DNA of 32,000 nucleotides from an uncultured Methanosarcinales archaeon (GCA_964466175.1 CAYXMT010000004.1:1-32000); one strand, 5' to 3'; counted from the first letter of the stretch, positions 8,739 to 16,540 are shown. Notes: generated by a model not told the origin, from the letters alone. Made by a program: numbers and translations.

Positions 8739-9985
8739 CTTTGTTTTTTTCCTCTCAGTAGGTCAAATGCTACCCTTATCCATATTAAGCCAAGAACGAA
8801 AAAATAGAGTATCAGGTAGCTTAAGAATGAGAAAACACCGTATTTAGTGGCTTTCTTTTCATTTGTCCTTATCATTGATTTTCTTATTATAGTCAGGGCT
8901 ATTCCTACCATTATAAGCATCAGCAACAGGGTCATGTAATTTAGGTCCAGATAATGGAAATTTAATGAAAAAGTCCTTATCAATGTCATTATATCAAATT
9001 CTATCATGCTCAGGTTGTACACATACTGGATATACGGTTTGAATATATAATATGCTGTGGCTGAGATGATTATTATTGCCACTAATCCATATATTATAAT
9101 TGTAGGCATCTGTATCAGCCCAAAATCCCCGTAATCCTTATTGAACATCATTTTCCTGTATTTGAATGCGTTTATCAGAGAACCTTTATACCACCTGTTT
9201 CTCTGCTTGGAAAGCTCCTTAAAAGATGATGGGGCAATTGTATATACATCTGCGTTGAGCAATTGTATTATCCTGTAATTGTGCTGCTGCAGCCTTAAGG
9301 ATATTTCCAGGTCTTCTGTAAGATTATTCTCATCAAATCCTCCTACTTCTTCCAGGATGGATTTCCTATAGATGCTGAACGGCCCTGGAGCAACATGAAT
9401 GCAGTCCAGTTTGCCCATAAGCTCCTTATAGAATATATTTACAAGGTATTCCAGCCATTGCATCTTCTGCAGAACGTTCTTTGGTTTCCTTACTTTCAGC
9501 AATGGAAGTACTGAAGCCACATTCTCATCAGCAAATTCCGGCAGAAGTTTGTGCAAAGCATCTTTTGTGACATAAGAATCAGCATCCAAGCAGACAAAAA
9601 ACTCTCCTTTGCTTTGCCTTAATGCATTGTTCAATGCAGCTCCTTTTCCCTTGTTTTTTTGCTCGATTAATCTTATATTAAAGCCTTTATTGTTGTTTAT
9701 TATTTCTTTTGTTACTTTGGATGTGTTGTCTGTGCTCCCATCATTGATTATTAAAAGTTCATATTTATTTTTTGGATAGTTTAGCTTCAGCACTGACCCT
9801 ATTGTCGGCCTTATTCTTTTCCCTTCATTAAATGCTGGTATTATGATGCTTACAAAAGGCAGTTTCTTTAGCTCTCTTGCTCTTTTTTTGGGTTTGTCTT
9901 CCAGCAGCACCATAAACCAGAAAATTGCAAAGTACAAAGATACAAAATAAGCAATCCAGAGTATTATTTTTATCAGTTCTGCCAT
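8732..9985 (-). CDS. Processive family-2 glycosyltransferase (PgaC/NodC/cellulose-synthase-like)
   Basis: Motifs VSIIIPAFNE, INDGSTDNT, CLDADS (DxD), TEDLE and QRNRWYKG (QxxRW motif of processive GT2 synthases). One N-terminal and several C-terminal TM segments. Confidence 0.8.
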   Translation of the reverse strand: MAELIKIILWIAYFVSLYFAIFWFMVLLEDKPKKRARELKKLPFVSIIIPAFNEGKRIRPTIGSVLKLNYPKNKYELLIINDGSTDNTSKVTKEIINNNKGFNIRLIEQKNKGKGAALNNALRQSKGEFFVCLDADSYVTKDALHKLLPEFADENVASVLPLLKVRKPKNVLQKMQWLEYLVNIFYKELMGKLDCIHVAPGPFSIYRKSILEEVGGFDENNLTEDLEISLRLQQHNYRIIQLLNADVYTIAPSSFKELSKQRNRWYKGSLINAFKYRKMMFNKDYGDFGLIQMPTIIIYGLVAIIIISATAYYIFKPYIQYVYNLSMIEFDIMTLIRTFSLNFHYLDLNYMTLLLMLIMVGIALTIIRKSMIRTNEKKATKYGVFSFLSYLILYFFVLGLIWIRVAFDLLRGKKQRW

Positions 9986-10065
9986 GTAGAAATAATTATC
10001 TTGTTATTATATAAATATTACGTATTGAGAAAAGCTTAAGAACTGATTTCCATTACCCTTCTTGT

Positions 10066-10779
10066 ATGGACAAATTAACTACTGGCAGCAAGATTTTAGA
10101 TAAGATGCTTGATGGAGGCTATGAAAAGGATATTATAACAACCATGTATGGTCCTGCTGGTTCTGGAAAGACTGGTTTGTGCATTCTTTGCGCAATAAAT
10201 ACAGCACGTGAAAGAAAAAAAGTAATTTACATTGATACTGAGAATAATTTTTCTGTGGAAAGGTTTAAGCAAATTTGTTCTTCTATAAATCAAAATTATG
10301 CTAAACTGCTTAATTGCATTGTTTTTTTGCGTCCATCAACCTTTGAAGAGCAAAAAAATACTTTTGAAAAGCTTAAGGAAGTTATTACTGATAAAGTTGG
10401 CCTTGTAATATTTGATTCAGTTGCAATGCTTTATCGTTTAGAACTGGGAAAAACAGATGATGTCTATGATGTAAACAAGAATTTAGGAATGCAATTAGCT
10501 TACCTTAAGCAAATTGCTTCTAAAAAACGCATTCCTGTTTTAATAACCAACCAAGTTTATTCTGATTTTGAAGAAAAAGATAAAGTTAATTTAGTTGGCG
10601 GTGATTTATTAAAGTACGGAAGCAAGTGCTTAATTGAGCTGCAAATAACACCTTCCAACAACCGACTCGCAATAGTCAAAAAACACAGATCAATACCATC
10701 AGAACGCAACATCACATTCAAAATAGTCGAAGGCGGCATCATCGGAACAAAAGAGAATAAGGGTTTTAGGTTATTTTAG
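10066..10779 (+). CDS. radB: DNA repair and recombination protein RadB
   Basis: 237 aa, a RecA-core-only protein. It has LDKMLDGGYEKDIITTMYGPAGSGKT (Walker A) and LVIFDS (Walker B). There is no N-terminal HhH domain, as in archaeal RadB. Confidence 0.85.
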   Translation: MDKLTTGSKILDKMLDGGYEKDIITTMYGPAGSGKTGLCILCAINTARERKKVIYIDTENNFSVERFKQICSSINQNYAKLLNCIVFLRPSTFEEQKNTFEKLKEVITDKVGLVIFDSVAMLYRLELGKTDDVYDVNKNLGMQLAYLKQIASKKRIPVLITNQVYSDFEEKDKVNLVGGDLLKYGSKCLIELQITPSNNRLAIVKKHRSIPSERNITFKIVEGGIIGTKENKGFRLF

Positions 10780-10790
10780 GAAAGGTTGTG

Positions 10791-10815
10791 TAACAGCTGT
10801 TAGATGCACTTTTTC
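10791..10815 (+). terminator. Palindrome plus T-run downstream of radB
   Basis: Perfect 12-nt palindrome TAACAGCTGTTA (10791-10802) is followed by T5 (10810-14). A second hairpin ATTCTCT-TGCG-AGAGAAT lies at 10831-10848. Confidence 0.35.
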
Positions 10816-10937
10816 TGTGCCTTGTATATTATTCTCTTGCGAGAGAATTAGACTTAACGGATAATGAGGTTAGATTGCCCTACTTAGCCATCTTGGAATG
10901 CTAGACCTCTTTTCTTTTAACATGTATTTAATAAATT

Positions 10938-11474
10938 TTAATTCTCGTTGAGAATAATTAAGTTTAATTTTAATTTTTTGGTACTTTTTGATGCAACTGA
11001 AAAAAGTATGTCTAAGTCCTCAATTGATTTTAACATTTTCGAATGATTAATTAAGAATATAAACATTTCTTCTGAAACTTTTTGCAAAAAATTTCGGTCT
11101 TCTATATGAAACTCGGAAATATTTTTATGTGCATAGAGATTCCGTTTATCGCGAAGAATCTCCATTTTAAGAATCCAATTTGGGGAAGGAGTTCTTAAAA
11201 TAGAGTTAACCCTTTCAGGTACATGATCTTTTTTATTAATCTTAGTAACACCTTCCAGTGAATTCCAAAATTTCAAGCATCCCTCTGCTACTTCTATCGA
11301 AGTGATTCCTTCATTGTACAATCTTAAATTTTCGAATATTAGCAAATTAAGTTCATTTTTTTTAGGCAATTCATTTAAAAATTCAGCATAATCTAAAAAA
11401 AATAACGGTTTTGCTAAAGTCTCGGCGCGAAAAACTGCCCTTCTGTTCATCCAAACACACCATTTCCACAACAT
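10938..11474 (-). CDS. Hypothetical protein with a HEPN-like Rx4H motif
   Basis: All-helical-looking 170-178 aa protein with LRDKRNLYAHKN (R-N-x-x-A-H, the HEPN ribonuclease signature). The start is probably the internal MNRRAVF (11450), about 25 nt downstream of a TATA-like element. Confidence 0.45.
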   Translation of the reverse strand: MLWKWCVWMNRRAVFRAETLAKPLFFLDYAEFLNELPKKNELNLLIFENLRLYNEGITSIEVAEGCLKFWNSLEGVTKINKKDHVPERVNSILRTPSPNWILKMEILRDKRNLYAHKNISEFHIEDRNFLQKVSEEMFIFLINHSKMLKSIEDLDILFSVASKSTKKLKLNLIILNEN

Positions 11475-11482
11475 TTTTAAAG
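11474..11482. promoter_or_regulatory. Shared TATA-like element between divergent genes
   Basis: TTTTTAAAG / CTTTAAAAA lies in a 56-80 nt divergent spacer. It is about 25 nt before ATG 11450 (minus, implying a leaderless transcript) and about 50 nt before ATG 11531 (plus, preceded by GAGGT). Confidence 0.35.
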
Positions 11483-11530
11483 CGATATAGCTAACTTATT
11501 AGTCGTTAAGGGTGGTATTGAGGTATTTGG

Positions 11531-11977
11531 ATGGACTACTTTAGAATATATGAAACATCGCATCATATTGACAGAGTATTAGATGAAGTAGTAGATCCAG
11601 CACTTACAAATTTAATGAGAGACCATTGCGATGAAGCAATAGCTATTTATCGTCGTGGATTCGTAAACGATAGAAGTGTCCAAATGACGGAATTCGCTGG
11701 AATTGACATTGCCAGGCTTGATCCAACAACATCTGCTAAGTTAGATAAAGCAGTTCAAGGCATATTCTATTTAGGTAATGAAGCTGCCGGAAATATAATA
11801 GAAGGAATGAACAATGGAGACTTGTCAGATGAAGCAGAGCGGGTTACAAAAAACATACTAGGCTATATTAAGGATCATTTGAGTATTGGAGCAGAATATC
11901 AGGGTACTGGGCCAGATATGATTGAACGAATTAAGCGTATGCCAGTTGTTTGGAGAAGTCCTAAGAGTGTACTATAA
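11531..11977 (+). CDS. Hypothetical acidic protein, translationally coupled to the carboxyltransferase
   Basis: 148-aa ORF with GAGGT 7 nt upstream of the ATG. Its stop at 11975-77 lies one nt before the ATG at 11979. I recognise no family motif. Confidence 0.55.
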   Translation: MDYFRIYETSHHIDRVLDEVVDPALTNLMRDHCDEAIAIYRRGFVNDRSVQMTEFAGIDIARLDPTTSAKLDKAVQGIFYLGNEAAGNIIEGMNNGDLSDEAERVTKNILGYIKDHLSIGAEYQGTGPDMIERIKRMPVVWRSPKSVL

Positions 11978-11978
11978 A

Positions 11979-13451
11979 ATGAACAAAGAAGCAATTAAAA
12001 AACAACATCAAAAAGGAAAATTAACAGCAAGAGAAAGAATAGACGCTTTATTAGACAAAGATTCTTTTACAGAACTAAACAAATTAGTAGAACTAACAAG
12101 CCATAACTATAATTTACAAGAAAAGAAGCAAGAAGGTGACGGGGTAATAACAGGTTATGGTAAAATAAACGGAAAACCAGTAGCAATTTTCGCGCAGGAT
12201 TTTACCTTTATGGGAGGTTCAATGGGAGAAGCCCATAATAAAAAAATAACCCTAATACAAGAGCACGCTTTGCAAACAGGAATACCTATCATTGGTCTTT
12301 TCGACAGTGGAGGAGCAAGAATCCAGGAAGGAATTAATTCTTTAGACATTGGAGGTAAAATATTCAAAAACAACACTTTAGCTTCCGGTGTAATACCACA
12401 AATCTCAGTAATTTTAGGGCCATGCGCAGGAATTGCAGCCTACTCACCAGCCTTAACTGACTTTGTATTGATGACCAAAAAAATAAGCAGCATGTTCATA
12501 ACAGGTCCAGAAGTAATCAAAACAATAACCGGAGAGAACATTGACACCAACAGCTTAGGAGGCTCTTTAGCGCATAATGAAAAATCAGGTGTAGCTCATT
12601 TCATATCAGAAAATGAAAAAGAATGTTTTGAAACAATTAAACTGTTACTAAGTTACCTCCCTCAAAACAACATGGAAAATCCTCAAACAATAAGCACAAA
12701 TGATGATCCAAAAAGGGCAAACACAAAACTAACTAACATCATCCCAAAAGACACAAAAAAGGCATATGACGTAAAGAGTGTAATTGAAGATATTGTAGAC
12801 AAAAACACTTTCTTAGAAGTACAGCCATTATACGCTCAAAATGCAATCACCGGCTTAGCAAGATTAAACAATAGCTCAATAGGAATAGTAGCAAACCAGC
12901 CGAAAATATTAGCAGGATGCTTAGACATAAATTCCTCAGATAAAATAGCAAGATTCGTAAGGTTTTGCGACGCTTTCAACATACCGATAATAAACCTTGT
13001 AGACGTTACAGGATATCTTCCTGGAATCAACCAGGAGCATGGTGGGATAATAAGGCATGGAGCAAAAATACTCTACGCTTATTCTGAAGCAACCGTCCCA
13101 AAAATAAGCCTGGTAATGAGAAAAGCCTATGGAGGGGCATATATAGCCCTTGTAAGCAAAGATATGGGCTTTGACAAGGTAATTGCCTGGCCTGATGCAG
13201 AAATAGCAGTCATGGGCGCAGAACAGGCTGTAAACATAATCCACAGAAAAGATAAAGATAATATAAAAAAACAGAGGGTAAAAGAATACAAGGAGAAATT
13301 CCTTAACCCTTACGAAGCAGCAAAGCATGGAAAAGTAGACATAATAACAGAGAAAAAGAACACAAGAAAGACATTAATCAGCTGCCTGGAAATGCTTATG
13401 ACAAAGAGAGAAAGAAGGCCTGCAAAAAAGCACGGAAACATGCCTGTATAA
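11979..13451 (+). CDS. pccB: Acyl-CoA carboxylase carboxyltransferase subunit (propionyl-CoA carboxylase beta / methylmalonyl-CoA decarboxylase alpha family)
   Basis: MNKEAIKKQHQKGKLTARERIDALLD is the family-typical N-terminus. Other motifs: FAQDFTFMGGSMGE, FDSGGARIQEG, GPCAGIAAYSP, RKAYGGAYIA. The track's 11922 start adds 19 aa that overlap the upstream gene, so I prefer 11979. Confidence 0.9.
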   Translation: MNKEAIKKQHQKGKLTARERIDALLDKDSFTELNKLVELTSHNYNLQEKKQEGDGVITGYGKINGKPVAIFAQDFTFMGGSMGEAHNKKITLIQEHALQTGIPIIGLFDSGGARIQEGINSLDIGGKIFKNNTLASGVIPQISVILGPCAGIAAYSPALTDFVLMTKKISSMFITGPEVIKTITGENIDTNSLGGSLAHNEKSGVAHFISENEKECFETIKLLLSYLPQNNMENPQTISTNDDPKRANTKLTNIIPKDTKKAYDVKSVIEDIVDKNTFLEVQPLYAQNAITGLARLNNSSIGIVANQPKILAGCLDINSSDKIARFVRFCDAFNIPIINLVDVTGYLPGINQEHGGIIRHGAKILYAYSEATVPKISLVMRKAYGGAYIALVSKDMGFDKVIAWPDAEIAVMGAEQAVNIIHRKDKDNIKKQRVKEYKEKFLNPYEAAKHGKVDIITEKKNTRKTLISCLEMLMTKRERRPAKKHGNMPV

Positions 13452-13452
13452 A

Positions 13453-13842
13453 ATGGAAGAGATAACCATAAAGGTTAATGGCAAAGATTATGATGTCCGG
13501 GTTGAAGAAACCGATGATGGAAAAATATTAGTCCATTGCAATGGAGATGTTTATGAAGTAGAGCCTGGCCAGGACAAAAGAGCAGCTATTTTCAACAGAG
13601 TTAAAAAACAAAAAATTGAGGAAACAGGTCACATAGTTGTTATATCGCCATTGCCGGGAAGAATTTACGAAATAAATGTAAAAAAAGGCGACAAGGTCAA
13701 AACCGGGCAATCATTAATTAAGCTCATAGCAATGAAGATGGAAAATGACATAACTGCTCCAAGATCAGGAACAGTAAAAGAAGTAAAAGTTAAAAAGGAT
13801 GAGAGTGTTAGTAAAGATGATATTCTGGTTATTATTGATTAA
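13453..13842 (+). CDS. accB: Biotin carboxyl carrier protein (biotinyl domain)
   Basis: C-terminal biotinyl domain with SPLPGRIYEINVKKGDKVKTGQSLIKLIAMKMENDITAP (AMKM biotinylation motif). The ATG lies 1 nt after the pccB stop. Confidence 0.9.
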   Translation: MEEITIKVNGKDYDVRVEETDDGKILVHCNGDVYEVEPGQDKRAAIFNRVKKQKIEETGHIVVISPLPGRIYEINVKKGDKVKTGQSLIKLIAMKMENDITAPRSGTVKEVKVKKDESVSKDDILVIID

Positions 13843-14426
13843 CCCTTTATTTTTTCTGCGCCTTTCCATAAGTAAGGGAATAAAGCAACTGCTCCTAATG
13901 CTTTAATAGTATCTCCAATAATAAATGGAATAAGTCCTGCTTTTAAAACACCAAAAAATGTAAGGCTTGGCAAAGCAGCTGCGAGCCATGGCAATCCAAA
14001 AGCATAGATTATTACTTCTCCAGCCAAGATAACCAATAAAACTGATTTCCATGTCCTTCCATAGCCTTTCTCTATCAGATAACCAACTGCAAAAGCAGCA
14101 AAAATAAAGCCAACAATATAGCCTCCACTAGGGCCGAGAAATACCGGCAAGCCTGCATTATAGCCTGCAAAAACAGCTAAACCAAGTAATCCTGCCAAAG
14201 CATAGGCTAACAGCGATACAGCTCCTCTAAATGAGCCAAAGAAAAAAGCTATTGTGAAAACACCAAAAGTCTGCATGGTTATAGGAACCGGCCATAAAGG
14301 AATCCTGATTTTAGCTATTAAAGCCAAAAAAACCACGCTTAAAGCAATCATAGCTATATCCAAAAAAACATTTCTTTGCCTGAAAATTGCTTCATACAGT
14401 GTTTTATATTTTAATTCATGTATCAT
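13839..14426 (-). CDS. bioY: Biotin transporter BioY (ECF S component)
   Basis: 195 aa, about 6 TM segments. Motifs IPLWPVPITMQTFGV and GPSGGYIVGF are characteristic of BioY. Its stop overlaps the accB stop (shared TTAA). Confidence 0.85.
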   Translation of the reverse strand: MIHELKYKTLYEAIFRQRNVFLDIAMIALSVVFLALIAKIRIPLWPVPITMQTFGVFTIAFFFGSFRGAVSLLAYALAGLLGLAVFAGYNAGLPVFLGPSGGYIVGFIFAAFAVGYLIEKGYGRTWKSVLLVILAGEVIIYAFGLPWLAAALPSLTFFGVLKAGLIPFIIGDTIKALGAVALFPYLWKGAEKIKG

Positions 14427-14455
14427 GATACCACTTTAGTTTTTATTGTTTATAT

Positions 14456-14683
14456 TTACTGCCTAGCAGTCTTCTGACCAAACAATATTCCAGCTAAAAC
14501 ATTCAAAGCCCATGCCTGCAAAACCCCAATAGAATAAACACTGCCAAAAACAAAGTTCCACAGCAGCATCACCGGAAAAGCCAAAACTAAACCCACTATT
14601 CCGCTGATCAGTACAACCAGGGCTATAGTATAAGCCATTTCCAGCATTCTTTTCAAAAACGGTGTTTGATCTAATAGTGCCAT
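14456..14683 (-). CDS. Small two-TM membrane protein, unknown function
   Basis: 75 aa with two clear hydrophobic helices. GAGGAG lies 5 nt upstream of the ATG. It sits 29 nt upstream of bioY on the same strand. Confidence 0.45.
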   Translation of the reverse strand: MALLDQTPFLKRMLEMAYTIALVVLISGIVGLVLAFPVMLLWNFVFGSVYSIGVLQAWALNVLAGILFGQKTARQ

Positions 14684-14848
14684 TTATATCTCCTCAAAGT
14701 AATGTTACTCCCTTTTTAAACATTTTGATAAAGAGGTCATAGCCTAAACAATTCCCGATATGTTTAAAGATAGTTAAGTATTCCGTACTTCTAAAAGAGG
14801 AGATAATAGCTCCAAGTTATTTCTTGGATTATTAGGAGATAAATAATT

Positions 14849-15331
14849 ATGAATGAACCTATAAACCCCGGACAAGTGCCTATAAATCCCGATCTGGTAA
14901 TTGAAGCGTTTGGTCACTTAGATGAACTAGCAATGGAGAGATGGGAATGGTTGCATCATTAATATTGGGAAATAAGAACAGATTTTCCCTATCTAGGTTC
15001 TAGCGATGCGCAACATATGTTTTTTGGAAGATTGCCGGAAGAAGATAATGTTGTAGGAGCATGTTCTCTAGAAAAAAGAAGTGAAAGTGGTCTGTATGCC
15101 ATAACATACCTGACTCACCCAGACTTTGAAGGAAGAAGAGTAGCAACAACACTAGCTGCTCATGCTGTAAATTTTGCTAAGAAAAAACCAAATATTACGA
15201 CACTTAATGCAGCAGTTAAAGAAGGATCTGTTGATGAAAGGGTTGTTCAAAGGCTGGGTTTTTTGTATGATTGGGATGTTGTTGATGGTGGAAGAAGGAC
15301 AAATATGTACCAATTAGATACAAGTAAGTAA
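14849..15331 (+). pseudogene. GNAT-family N-acetyltransferase interrupted by one in-frame TAA
   Basis: ATG 14849 (preceded by TAGGAGAT) opens a frame that hits TAA at 14960-62 and continues in the same frame to 15331. The joined product is 160 aa, a normal GNAT size. It contains YAITYLTHPDFEGRRVATTLAAHAVNFAKK (motif-A-like) and QRLGF. The track lists only the distal 15017..15331 piece. Confidence 0.5.
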
Positions 15332-15383
15332 AAACCAAAATAAACAAAAAGATAATAAATACAAACTTCTATCTTAACATATT

Positions 15384-15785
15384 ATGAAAACCAATAAGAC
15401 AGAACTAAGAGTTTACTATGCAGACACAGATCATGGCCAAGTCGTTTATTATTCAAACTATCTGAAATGGTTTGAAATTGGAAGAACAGAGATTCTAAGG
15501 CAATCCGGATTCAATTATGCAAAGTTTGCAAAACAAGGCCTTATAGCCCCAGTAGTTGAGGTAAAATGCAATTACAAGGAATCTGCAAAATATGACGATA
15601 TCATAATAATTAAAACAGCCATAGAGAACATAGGCAACAGCAGTATCAAATTTAATTATAAAATCTCAAGAAAAAGCGACAAAAAATTATTGGCTGAAGG
15701 TTATACAGTAAATGTTTTTGTCGACCAAAAAACAAAGAAATCAACTAAAATACCTGAAAATCTAAGAAAAGCATTGAAAAGCTAA
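15384..15785 (+). CDS. Acyl-CoA thioesterase, YbgC/4HBT hotdog family
   Basis: 133 aa. LRVYYADTDHGQVVYYSNYLKWFEIGRTE is the YbgC-type catalytic-Asp N-terminal motif. Confidence 0.8.
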   Translation: MKTNKTELRVYYADTDHGQVVYYSNYLKWFEIGRTEILRQSGFNYAKFAKQGLIAPVVEVKCNYKESAKYDDIIIIKTAIENIGNSSIKFNYKISRKSDKKLLAEGYTVNVFVDQKTKKSTKIPENLRKALKS

Positions 15786-16540
15786 ACAGTAAAAATATCT
15801 CCTTCTATTATTTTCTTACGTTTCCCATTCTTCAACTTCAAAACCAAATTACAATCTTCATCAACACCAACAGCTTTGCCAACATACACTCCAGATAGTG
15901 TCTCAGCCCTTATTTTCTTTCCTAAAGTGCAAGAATATTTTTTCCAGATTTTAATTATCTCATTATATTTTTTATTATTATAATATTTATACAATGAATT
16001 GAATTCTTTTACTATTTCATTGATTATTTTTTTAATATCATATTCTTTATTGGTTTCAAGTGTTAATGAAGTTGCTTTATCAGAAATATCTTTACTAAAT
16101 TTTTTCTGATTTACATTGACACCAATCCCAATCAACGCATAATTATCTTTGGTGGGATTGTGGGGAGGTGGGAGGGAAAAATGCCTTCGGTCAGAGACCG
16201 AATGTTGTTTGTAAACAGTTTCAGTCAAAATGCCGCATATCTTCTTTCCAGAAATCAAAACATCATTAGGCCATTTTACTTTAGAATTTAATTTTATTGT
16301 TTTAGCAACGGCAATAGAAGCAATAAAAGTAAGGTATTTTACCCTCGACAAATCTTTTTCTTTAAGCAATATGGTCATGTACAAGCCGCCTAAAGAAGAA
16401 ACCCATTTTCGTTTAAACCGCCCTTTACCAGAAGTTTGTTTATCTGCAATAACAATTACTTTATCAAAACCTTTCTTAGCTAAGCTTTTGGCTTTAGAGT
16501 TAGTAGAAGAAAGAGTCTTAAAATAAAAAACCTTATTCAT
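15782..16540 (-). CDS. birA: Biotin--[acetyl-CoA-carboxylase] ligase, group I (no HTH)
   Basis: Motifs QTSGKGRFKRKWVSSLGGLYMTI (GRGRxGRxW-type biotin-binding loop), KWPNDVLISGKKICGILTE and IGIGVNVN. The start overlaps the accC stop (ATGAATAA). Confidence 0.88.
   Translation of the reverse strand: MNKVFYFKTLSSTNSKAKSLAKKGFDKVIVIADKQTSGKGRFKRKWVSSLGGLYMTILLKEKDLSRVKYLTFIASIAVAKTIKLNSKVKWPNDVLISGKKICGILTETVYKQHSVSDRRHFSLPPPHNPTKDNYALIGIGVNVNQKKFSKDISDKATSLTLETNKEYDIKKIINEIVKEFNSLYKYYNNKKYNEIIKIWKKYSCTLGKKIRAETLSGVYVGKAVGVDEDCNLVLKLKNGKRKKIIEGDIFTV
16152..16205 (+). other. GC-rich 54-nt in-frame segment inside birA, carrying a G-quadruplex-type motif and a hairpin
   Basis: GGG-N5-GGGG-N4-GGG-N1-GGG at 16155-16177 on the + strand. 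A perfect inverted repeat TTCGGTC-AGA-GACCGAA lies at 16187-16203. Hand count gives 31/54 G+C against AT-rich flanks. On the minus strand it encodes HSVSDRRHFSLPPPHNPT. Confidence 0.6.

Noticed and set aside
10780-10937. A possible tRNA fragment or att site marking integration of the HEPN/148-aa islet.
   Set aside because: No tRNA-like sequence, direct repeat pair or integrase is visible. The palindrome and hairpins are adequately explained as radB and HEPN-gene terminators.
11922-11978. Upstream extension of the carboxyltransferase ORF (MNELSVCQLFGEVLRVYYK).
   Set aside because: It overlaps the 3' end of the preceding 148-aa gene. The family-typical N-terminus (MNKEAIKKQHQKGKLTARERI) begins at the ATG at 11979.
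14960-14962. The in-frame TAA in the GNAT gene as programmed recoding or an alternative genetic code.
   Set aside because: TAA is used as a normal stop by many well-supported genes in this window (for example pccB, accB, yjbQ and accC). A pseudogene or a sequence error is more parsimonious.
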